A DNA stretch of 64,000 bases from Planctomycetota bacterium (GTDB lineage: Bacteria > Planctomycetota > UBA1135 > UBA2386): contig OZ245838.1 in the NCBI GenBank assembly GCA_965228735.1, forward strand, positions 896,001 through 960,000. The letters are read 5' to 3'. The notes beneath the pieces were generated by a model. The model did not search any database and was not told where the DNA came from. It saw only the letters and a program-made list of their open reading frames with translations. Made by a program: the position numbers and the translations under genes. Positions 8,486-16,090 of the stretch are shown here, one piece after another (position 1 is the stretch's first letter; each line of letters begins with the position of its first letter).

Positions 8486-9469
8486 ATGATCACGGTCACC
8501 GATCTCACGAAACGCTTCGGCCAGACCCTGGCGGTCGATCGTCTCTCGTTTGCGGTCGAGCCGGGTGAGGTCGTCGGCTTTCTGGGGCCCAACGGCGCCG
8601 GCAAGACGACGACGATCCGCGTGCTCGCCGGTTATCACCCCGCGACCTCGGGAACGGCGTCCGTCGCCGGGTTCGACGTCAGCAAGGACTCGCTGCAGGT
8701 GCGGCAGAACATCGGGTATCTGCCCGAGAACGTGCCGATCTACCCCGAGCTGCGGGTCGTCGAGTACCTGCGGTATCGCGCCGCGCTCAAGGGCGTGCCG
8801 GCGCGGCAACGCAAGGTCGCCGTCGAGCGTGCGATGCTCAAGGCGGGCGTCGACGACGTGCGTCGCAAGCTCGTCGGCAACGTCTCGCGCGGCTACCGCC
8901 AGCGCGTCGGGCTCGCGGACGCGCTCGTCAGCAGCCCGAAGGTGCTGATTCTCGACGAGCCGACGTCCGGCCTCGACCCGAACCAGCGGCGCCGCATCAA
9001 GGAGGTCGTGCGCGAGCTGGCCCAGGAGCACACGGTCCTGTTCAGCAGCCACATCCTCGCCGAGGTGCAGGACGTCGCGTCGCGCATCCTCGTGATCCAT
9101 CGCGGCACGCTGCGCGCGGACGGGCGGCCCGACGAGCTCGTGAGCAGCAGCGTCGGGCGCCGGCTCGTCGTGCGGGCGGTGTGCGATGCGGAGAAGCTGC
9201 GCGAACTGCTGATGAACCTGCCGGGCGTCGAACCCGCGGTGGTCGAATCGGCTGCCGACGGGGTGGTCGCGGCGCGGTGCGAGCTCGCGGCGGGTTCCGA
9301 CCCGAGCGCCGAGGTCGGTCAGCGGTTCGCCGCGGCGGCCGTGCCGCTCGTGCAGCTGGGCATCGACGTGCCGAGCCTCGAGGAGTACTTCCAGCTCATG
9401 ACGGAGGGCGCGGATCGCGACGCGGAAGCCGCGGCCACCGCGGCCACCGCCGAGGGGGACGCGGCATGA
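8486..9469 (+). CDS. ABC transporter ATP-binding protein (GldA-like)
   Basis: Walker A GPNGAGKTT, signature-like SRGYRQR, Walker B LILDEPTSGLDP, SSH. Confidence 0.92.
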   Translation: MITVTDLTKRFGQTLAVDRLSFAVEPGEVVGFLGPNGAGKTTTIRVLAGYHPATSGTASVAGFDVSKDSLQVRQNIGYLPENVPIYPELRVVEYLRYRAALKGVPARQRKVAVERAMLKAGVDDVRRKLVGNVSRGYRQRVGLADALVSSPKVLILDEPTSGLDPNQRRRIKEVVRELAQEHTVLFSSHILAEVQDVASRILVIHRGTLRADGRPDELVSSSVGRRLVVRAVCDAEKLRELLMNLPGVEPAVVESAADGVVAARCELAAGSDPSAEVGQRFAAAAVPLVQLGIDVPSLEEYFQLMTEGADRDAEAAATAATAEGDAA

Positions 9470-10233
9470 ACGGCGCCCTCGTGACGTTCAAGAAGGAGCT
9501 GCTGAGCTACCTCGTCAGTCCGGTGAGCTGGATCATCGCGGTCGTGTTCTACCTGTGGCGCGGCTACGAGATCTCGGAGCGCGTCTTCCGGTTCGCGGTG
9601 GCGAGCGGCGACCCCGATGTGTTCGTGACCTCGACCTACAACCTCACGAGCACGCTCTGGATGGTGATCCTCGTGCCGGGCGTGCTCACGATGCGCTGCT
9701 TCGCCGAAGAACGTCGCACGGGCTCGATGGAGATGCTGATGACGGCGCCCGTCCGCGACGGCGGCGTCGTGCTCGGCAAGTGGGGCGCGGCGGCGGCGTT
9801 CTATGGTCTGCTGTGGCTGCCGACCGCGCTGCTCCTGCACGTGCTGGAGTACGACGCGTTCCTCGGCACGGACCTGTCGTTCGGGCCCGTGTTCGCGGCG
9901 TACCTCGGCATGTCCCTGCTGAGCGCGATGCTGCTCGCGTTCGGGTGCTTCGCCAGCAGCCTGACGGACAACGTGCTGCTCGCGGCCCTGCTGACGATCA
10001 TGTTCAGCTTCGGGATCCTCACCGTGCCAGGCCGGTTGCGGGTCGAGCTCGGGGAGCTGATGCAGAACTACTACGTCGACGAACTCGTCACGAAGCTCGA
10101 TTGGCAGCGCGCCTTCGGAGAGTTTTTCTCCCGCGGACTCATCGATACGAGTCAGGTGATGTTCTACCTCGGCGGCGTCGCGTTCTTCCTGTTCCTCACG
10201 ACGGTGAGCGTCGCCTCGCGGAGGGTGGGATGA
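9466..10233 (+). CDS. ABC-2 type permease (GldF-like)
   Basis: FKKELLSYLVSP, TMRCFAEERRTGSMEMLMTAP, about 6 TM, FSRGLIDT; ATGA overlap with the upstream gene. Confidence 0.88.
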   Translation: MNGALVTFKKELLSYLVSPVSWIIAVVFYLWRGYEISERVFRFAVASGDPDVFVTSTYNLTSTLWMVILVPGVLTMRCFAEERRTGSMEMLMTAPVRDGGVVLGKWGAAAAFYGLLWLPTALLLHVLEYDAFLGTDLSFGPVFAAYLGMSLLSAMLLAFGCFASSLTDNVLLAALLTIMFSFGILTVPGRLRVELGELMQNYYVDELVTKLDWQRAFGEFFSRGLIDTSQVMFYLGGVAFFLFLTTVSVASRRVG

Positions 10234-11852
10234 AGCTGTCGCGCGTGACCGGCCTCGGCAATCTGCTGATCGCCGCGCTGCTGATGCTGGCGGTTTGGGT
10301 GCTCGTGATCTTCGTGAGTGCGCGCCCGGCGCTGCGATCGTTGATCGATCTCACCCCGCACCAGGTCAACTCGGTCGACGAGGTGACGGTCGAGCTGCTC
10401 GACGCGCTGCGGGCCGAGGACATCAAGGTCGAGTTCCACCTGTTCTTTCCCGGGGTCGCCGGGCGGGGGCAGACGGTCGAGCAGGAGCAGCAGCTCGCGA
10501 TCATTCGCCGGCTGCAAGAACTCACGCGGGTGCTCGCGAATCGCTACCGCGCGCTCGGTGGTGAGCACGTGACCGTGATCGAGCACGACCTGCGGCAGAA
10601 CCTCGACGCGACGCGCGAGGCGGCGCAGGCGTTCGGCTACGAGCCGCCGCAGAGCGAGGTCGTCGTGACCGTGACGCGGCCGGGCCGTGAGCGGCGCTGG
10701 CGCAAGCTGTCGCTGACCCAGGATCTCGCGCTGCTCGATCTGCCGCGCCAGGCGCAGCCGGGGCCGCGGGCGACGGTGCCGGTGCTGAAGAAGTTCCTCG
10801 GGGAAGAGGCGCTCAGCACGGCGATCAAGTCGTTGCTCGTGCAGGGCACGCCGGTCGTCTACCTGTGGGGGGCGAACTCCCCGGATCTCAACTGGTCGAA
10901 CGCGAGCGTCGGCACGGGCTACGGCCTGTTGGCCGACGGGCTCGCGAAGCTCGGCTTCGACGTCAAGCTGCTGCCGCGGCAGGGGGTCATCCCGCGCGAT
11001 GCATCGATCGTGTTCGTGCCCGAACCGCGGATGCCGTTCAGTGAACGCGACGCGACGACGCTGTTCGAATTCGTGCGCGGCGGCGGCCGGTTGTTCCTCA
11101 ACTACAACTGGTCCCCGCAGGCGAGCTGGAACCCGGGCGCCGGCAAGCTGGGGGAACTGTTCGGCTACGAGATCGGGCAGGCGCGGATCCACCACCTGAT
11201 CCGCGACAGCAGCAACCGCACCGGTGGCCGCGGCCTCGACGGTGATCCCGCCGTGGCCAAGCTCGAACTGGCGATCGATCCAACGCACCCGGTCACGCGC
11301 AAACTCGGGGCTCGCGCCCTCGAGGTCGCCAACGCGCGGCCGCTCGAACTGCTGTCGTCGCCCGACGGGGTCGAGACCACGTCGATCCTCGCGTCCGGTG
11401 ACAAAGGCTGGCTGGCCCGGATCCAGAACGGCTACCCGGTGCTCGAGGCGCCGCAAGGCGTGAAGCTGCGGCAGTTCCTCGTCGGAGTCGCGATGACGGT
11501 GGCGCCCCCGAAGAACGGTGGCGACGACCGGGCCGGTGACGACGAGCAGGTCGATGGCGCGGGCGCCGGTGCCGGCGCCGGATCCGAGTCCGACGGCCGC
11601 GCGGTCATCGTCTCGGGTGAGTTCTGCAACAACCTCGGGATGCCGCTCTACAGCGACCTCGCGTTCAACATCTTCAACTGGCTCGCGGAGCGCGAGGTCA
11701 TGCTCAACCTGCAGACCAAGCAGTACCAGCCACGCCAGATGGAGGTGCAGCCGCAGCAGGTCGCGCGGGTGTTCTACCTGCTGTTCTACACGGTGCCGGT
11801 GGTGTTCCTGCTCGGTGGGATCGCCGTCTTCTTCGTGCGCCGGAGACACTGA
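10230..11852 (+). CDS. GldG-like ABC-associated auxiliary membrane protein
   Basis: N-terminal TM, IDLTPHQVNS, GEEALSTAI, FVRGGGRLFL, NIFNWL, C-terminal TM ending RRRH. Confidence 0.82.
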   Translation: MKLSRVTGLGNLLIAALLMLAVWVLVIFVSARPALRSLIDLTPHQVNSVDEVTVELLDALRAEDIKVEFHLFFPGVAGRGQTVEQEQQLAIIRRLQELTRVLANRYRALGGEHVTVIEHDLRQNLDATREAAQAFGYEPPQSEVVVTVTRPGRERRWRKLSLTQDLALLDLPRQAQPGPRATVPVLKKFLGEEALSTAIKSLLVQGTPVVYLWGANSPDLNWSNASVGTGYGLLADGLAKLGFDVKLLPRQGVIPRDASIVFVPEPRMPFSERDATTLFEFVRGGGRLFLNYNWSPQASWNPGAGKLGELFGYEIGQARIHHLIRDSSNRTGGRGLDGDPAVAKLELAIDPTHPVTRKLGARALEVANARPLELLSSPDGVETTSILASGDKGWLARIQNGYPVLEAPQGVKLRQFLVGVAMTVAPPKNGGDDRAGDDEQVDGAGAGAGAGSESDGRAVIVSGEFCNNLGMPLYSDLAFNIFNWLAEREVMLNLQTKQYQPRQMEVQPQQVARVFYLLFYTVPVVFLLGGIAVFFVRRRH

Positions 11853-13660
11853 TGAAGTCCAAGAAGACCCTGCTCATCCTCGTGCTCGTCGTGGGCGCGC
11901 TCTACGGCGTGCTGCACTTCACGTCCGAGAAACCGCCGGTCGAGGACAGCGCCGAGATCAGCGCGCTCGACGGGCGGTCGCTGCGGGAGTGCAAGTTCTT
12001 CCGCTGGCAGTTCAAGAACCCGAGCGAGACGCCGTTCGAGATCGCGCGGCTCCCGGACGGCTCGTTCCAGCTCAGCGAACCGCTGGTCGACCGGGCGTCG
12101 AGCGCATACGTGCGCCAGATCATCAATGCGTGGGACAGCGCCAACCTGCTGGCGACCGACTACAAGAACGAGGCCGATGACAACAAGGAGACCGGGCTCG
12201 ATCTGCCGGTCATGACGTTCGCCGCCGAATGGCCGGACGGTCATCGCATCGAGTACGAGATCGGCAAGCCCGGACCGCTCGGCGAGGATCGGTTCCTGTT
12301 GCGTGACGGACTCGTCTGGAGCGGTGGCCAGGGGCTCTACGAGAGCATGCGCGTCAACCTCGGGGACCTGCGCGACCGGCAGGTGTTCCAGGGGCGCGAG
12401 GTCACGTGCCGGTCGCTGCGGATCACCGGCAACACGACTTCGACGGGGAAGCGCGAGGAGATCGCGCTCGGACGGGTCGACAACGAGTGGTGGCTGAAGG
12501 CGCCGGTCGACGGCCGCGCCGACCCCCGGATCGCCAAGCAGTTCGTCACCGCCGTCCTGGCGTTGCGCGCGGACACGTTCCTGCCCGGGATGATCCGCAT
12601 TCCCGAGCGCGAACCGGACGTCGTCGTGGTGGCCGCGAGCAGCCGGGGCGAGGAACGGCTCGAGATGTGGATCGAGAACGGGGCGGCTTTCGGGCAGCTG
12701 CCGGGGCGCGACAGCTGGTTCCAATGCGAACCGCGCACGTTCGAGGCCGTGTTCGACAACGCCGCCGACCGGCTGCGCGCGCGCATCCTGCTCGCGATCG
12801 ATGACATCGCGGCGAGCGTCGCCGGGATCGTGATGGATCCGGGGCAGGGTCGCGGCGATCGGGTGCACCTCGTGCGCGACTCGGTCGCGTCGGACTGGCG
12901 CCTCACGGAGCCGGTGGAGTACGCGGTCCACGCGACTCGTGCAGCCGAGACCGTGCAGGCGATCAACAACCTGCGCGCCGTCGAGTTCATCGACGACGTG
13001 GACGTCGACGACGAGCGGGCCGGGCTCGGGCCGGGGCGGCTCACGCTGTCCGTGCGCGAGTTCGAGCAGCGTGCAGCGCTGACGCTCTGGCTCGGCAACG
13101 AGGTCGAGCGGCCCAACGGTCGGTTCCGCTACGCGTGCCGCGCGGACGAGCCGGGCACGATCGTGCTCGTGCCGTCGCCGCCCGTCGAACGGCTGCGCCG
13201 GACGTGGCCGGAGTACTGCATCCGTGACGTGCTCAAGGTGACCGTGCCGATCGGCCAGGTCGAGATCGTGCGGCCGGCCGTCGAGGGTGGCGAGGAAACG
13301 CTGCTCTACGAGTTTGCCCGCGATCCGGATGCGCCGCGCCGCTGGCTGCTCGAGGGTGAGCTCGAACGGACCGAGGCCGAACTGCGCGAGATCGGTGAGT
13401 TCTTCACGGACGTGCTGGTCGACCTCGTCGGCAAGCAGGTGGTCGATCTGCGCACGGGCGACACCGGCGGCCGGGGCGATGAGTTCGGCGCGCCCGACTA
13501 CCTGCTCAAGGTGTGCCGCCGCGGTGGCGACGTCTTGCAGACCGTGCGGATCTGGGACCGCGACGGCAGCCCGGTCGTGATGCAGCCGACGGCGCGCGCG
13601 AACGTCGGCTTCGAGGTCGGCGTGACCGCGAGTCGGCAGCTGCGGATGCTCTGGAAGTGA
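11852..13660 (+). CDS. DUF4340-like domain protein
   Basis: N-terminal TM; repeated W(x)LxxPV...A motifs and GLxxP; usual position after a GldG-like gene. Confidence 0.7.
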   Translation: MKSKKTLLILVLVVGALYGVLHFTSEKPPVEDSAEISALDGRSLRECKFFRWQFKNPSETPFEIARLPDGSFQLSEPLVDRASSAYVRQIINAWDSANLLATDYKNEADDNKETGLDLPVMTFAAEWPDGHRIEYEIGKPGPLGEDRFLLRDGLVWSGGQGLYESMRVNLGDLRDRQVFQGREVTCRSLRITGNTTSTGKREEIALGRVDNEWWLKAPVDGRADPRIAKQFVTAVLALRADTFLPGMIRIPEREPDVVVVAASSRGEERLEMWIENGAAFGQLPGRDSWFQCEPRTFEAVFDNAADRLRARILLAIDDIAASVAGIVMDPGQGRGDRVHLVRDSVASDWRLTEPVEYAVHATRAAETVQAINNLRAVEFIDDVDVDDERAGLGPGRLTLSVREFEQRAALTLWLGNEVERPNGRFRYACRADEPGTIVLVPSPPVERLRRTWPEYCIRDVLKVTVPIGQVEIVRPAVEGGEETLLYEFARDPDAPRRWLLEGELERTEAELREIGEFFTDVLVDLVGKQVVDLRTGDTGGRGDEFGAPDYLLKVCRRGGDVLQTVRIWDRDGSPVVMQPTARANVGFEVGVTASRQLRMLWK

Positions 13661-13686
13661 TCTGAGTCCGCCTTAACCTGCGGGGC

Positions 13687-14202
13687 ATGGCCGCCCGCAA
13701 GAAGCCTGCGCAGAAGATCGCCAGCAAGCAGCGCCGCTACTGGTTGTTCAAGTCCGAGCCCGACGCCTACAGCTTCGAACAGCTGCAGGCCGACAAGCGC
13801 ACGTTCTGGCACGGGGTGCGCAACTACCAGGCGCGCAACCTGCTGCGCGACGACATCCAGGTCGGCGACGGCGTGCTCTTCTATCATAGCAACGCCAAGC
13901 CGATGGCGATCGTCGGCATCGCCAAGGTGGTCAAGGCGGGGTATCCGGACCACACGGCGTTCGAGCCCGATCACGACTATTACGACCCGAAGTCGGACCC
14001 GAGCGACCCGACGTGGTTCATGGTCGACATCGCGCCCGTCGCTCGGATGCGCGAGCCGCTCACGCGCGACCAGCTGAAGGAGCAGGATGCGCTCGCCGAC
14101 ATGATGCTGCTGCAACGCGGCAGCCGGCTGTCCGTGCAGCCCGTGACGAGGGCGGAGTGGCAGGCGATCCTGAAGCTCGGTGGGCCGAGGGAGAACTGGT
14201 GA
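13687..14202 (+). CDS. EVE domain protein
   Basis: YWLFKSEP, WHGVRNYQARN, LFYHS, YYDPKS, RLSVQPV. Confidence 0.95.
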   Translation: MAARKKPAQKIASKQRRYWLFKSEPDAYSFEQLQADKRTFWHGVRNYQARNLLRDDIQVGDGVLFYHSNAKPMAIVGIAKVVKAGYPDHTAFEPDHDYYDPKSDPSDPTWFMVDIAPVARMREPLTRDQLKEQDALADMMLLQRGSRLSVQPVTRAEWQAILKLGGPRENW

Positions 14203-15098
14203 GTTCGCCATACGCAACGCTCGCGATGCTCACGTGTGTCGCCGTCGCGGCGTGCGGGGACGCGGAGGCGCAGCCCGTGGACTTCCGGGCGCCCGTGGCG
14301 GTGATCCACGACGCGGATGCCGACGTCTACCTCGTGAGCTGCGCCGGCGGGTCGTGGCAGAGCCCCGACGGGTCGTCGCAGAGCTCCGACGAGTTCGGTT
14401 TCATCGCGCGGGTCGAGGCCGCGACGATCCCCGGTGCGAAGCCGAAGGGTTCGAAGTGGATTGCCAGCAGCCGTGATGGCGTCCGGTTGCGGCAACCCGG
14501 GGGGCTCGCACTCCATGGCGACGTGCTGTGGGTCACGGACGGCGATGTCGTGCGCCGGTTCGACCGGGTGTCGGGCGAGCCGCGCGGCGAGATCGCGGTG
14601 CCGAGAGCCGCGCAGCTGCATGACTGCGCCGCTTCGGAGGACGGGGCGCTGTGGATCAGCGGTGAGCTGCAGCTCGAAGGACCTTCGACCGCGGGGGCGA
14701 TCTGGCGCCTCGAGCCGGGCAGTCCGACTCCGGCCGTCGTCGCGCAGGGCCCGGAGCTGGGGCAGCCGACGGCGCTCGTCGCGCGGTCGGCCGCCGTCTA
14801 CGCCGTCGGTTCGGAATCGGGCGAGTTCTACGAGCTCGACGCGTCGGGGCGGCGGACAGTGATCGGGCGCGCGCCGACGGTGCAGCTCACGGGGCTCGCG
14901 CGGTTCGACGGCGCGTACTTCGCGATGAGCGCCGAGGGGGCTTGCGTCTACCGCTTCGACGTCATGGGCAGTGTCGTTGCCTTGCCGGGGCGGTTCGATT
15001 CGCCGGGCAACGGCGCCGTGGATGCCGCGCGCCGCCGTCTCGTCGTGCCGCGGCGCGCCGGCAACACGCTCGCGGTCGTCGAACTCGGCCCGCGTTGA
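14199..15098 (+). CDS. Putative lipoprotein, SMP-30/gluconolactonase-like beta-propeller
   Basis: Lipobox-like VAAC; PGGLALHGDVLWVTD, AVDAARRRLVVP; GTGA overlap with the EVE gene. Confidence 0.65.
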   Translation: MSSPYATLAMLTCVAVAACGDAEAQPVDFRAPVAVIHDADADVYLVSCAGGSWQSPDGSSQSSDEFGFIARVEAATIPGAKPKGSKWIASSRDGVRLRQPGGLALHGDVLWVTDGDVVRRFDRVSGEPRGEIAVPRAAQLHDCAASEDGALWISGELQLEGPSTAGAIWRLEPGSPTPAVVAQGPELGQPTALVARSAAVYAVGSESGEFYELDASGRRTVIGRAPTVQLTGLARFDGAYFAMSAEGACVYRFDVMGSVVALPGRFDSPGNGAVDAARRRLVVPRRAGNTLAVVELGPR

Positions 15099-15132
15099 AG
15101 GATCGTTCGTCGGCCCCTAGACTGGTCAGGGA

Positions 15133-15444
15133 ATGATCGCGTTCGGCGGCAAGACCAAGACGAAGACCAAGCCCAAGACGGACAGCGCGACGAAGCCGAA
15201 GTCGGCGGTCGCGCCGCCCTGGAACGTCATCGTCAAGGACGACCCGGTGACGCTGATGAGCTACGTCACCAAGGTCTTCGTCAAGGTCTTTGGCTACTCG
15301 GAGAGCAAGGCCGAGCGCCTCATGATGGAAGTGCATCAGAAGGGCCGGTCGATCGTGTGGTCCGGGGCGCGTGAGCAGGCCGAGGTCTACGCCCAGAAGC
15401 TGCAGGCGCACCATCTGCTCGCGACGATCGACGTGGCGCCATGA
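15133..15444 (+). CDS. clpS: ATP-dependent Clp protease adaptor ClpS
   Basis: WNVIVKDDPVTLMSYV...FGYS...LMMEVHQKGRSIV. Confidence 0.93.
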   Translation: MIAFGGKTKTKTKPKTDSATKPKSAVAPPWNVIVKDDPVTLMSYVTKVFVKVFGYSESKAERLMMEVHQKGRSIVWSGAREQAEVYAQKLQAHHLLATIDVAP

Positions 15445-16076
15445 CGCGCGCGCCCGATGATGCCCCCCCGGATGCGGACCCCCCAGAAGATGATCCCCTG
15501 GATGAGGGCCCGCTCGATGGAGAGCCCCGGGGTGAGGAGCCACGTCAACCCATGCTGGGGCCGTTCGCGCTGCGCGTGGACGAGGGCTACCTGTTCCTCG
15601 GCTTGTCCGACCTCGCGCTGCAGTCGCTCAAGGGCGTGCCGATGCTGCTCGAGAGCACGGACGAACGGGTGCGGAAGCGCCTCCTGCCGGAGACGTGTGA
15701 CGACCCGGAGGACGAGGCGCACTGGCGCGAGCACGCGACGCCCGAACTCGAACGGCTGTTCATGTCGCGGTCGCAGCTCGTGCAGCGCGACCTCGACAAG
15801 ATGACGAACTCACCGGAGTTCGGCGGCGGCGTCCTGCTCATTCCCGACGAGCACAGCAGCGCGTGGCTCGCGGCGCTCAACGCGGCGCGCCTGGCGCTGT
15901 TCGCGCTCAACGATCTGGAAGCCCATCACATGACCGACGAGGGCATCGAGGAGCTGCGGCCGAAGCAGATCGAAGCCCTCCAGCGGATCGACTTCCTCGC
16001 GATGATCCAGAGCGTGCTGCTCGGCGACTTCGAGCCCGAGGACTCGGGCTCGGTGGACGACTACGACCTCGACTGA
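15441..16076 (+). CDS. DUF2017-like protein
   Basis: RLLP...D...WRE...PEL and AWLAALNAARLAL motifs; coupled to clpS. Confidence 0.7.
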   Translation: MTRAPDDAPPDADPPEDDPLDEGPLDGEPRGEEPRQPMLGPFALRVDEGYLFLGLSDLALQSLKGVPMLLESTDERVRKRLLPETCDDPEDEAHWREHATPELERLFMSRSQLVQRDLDKMTNSPEFGGGVLLIPDEHSSAWLAALNAARLALFALNDLEAHHMTDEGIEELRPKQIEALQRIDFLAMIQSVLLGDFEPEDSGSVDDYDLD

Positions 16077-16090
16077 GGCCGCACCCAACG

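Noticed and set aside
13687..14202. EVE domain as part of a modification-dependent defence system
   Set aside because: Stand-alone protein with no nuclease, ATPase or toxin neighbour.
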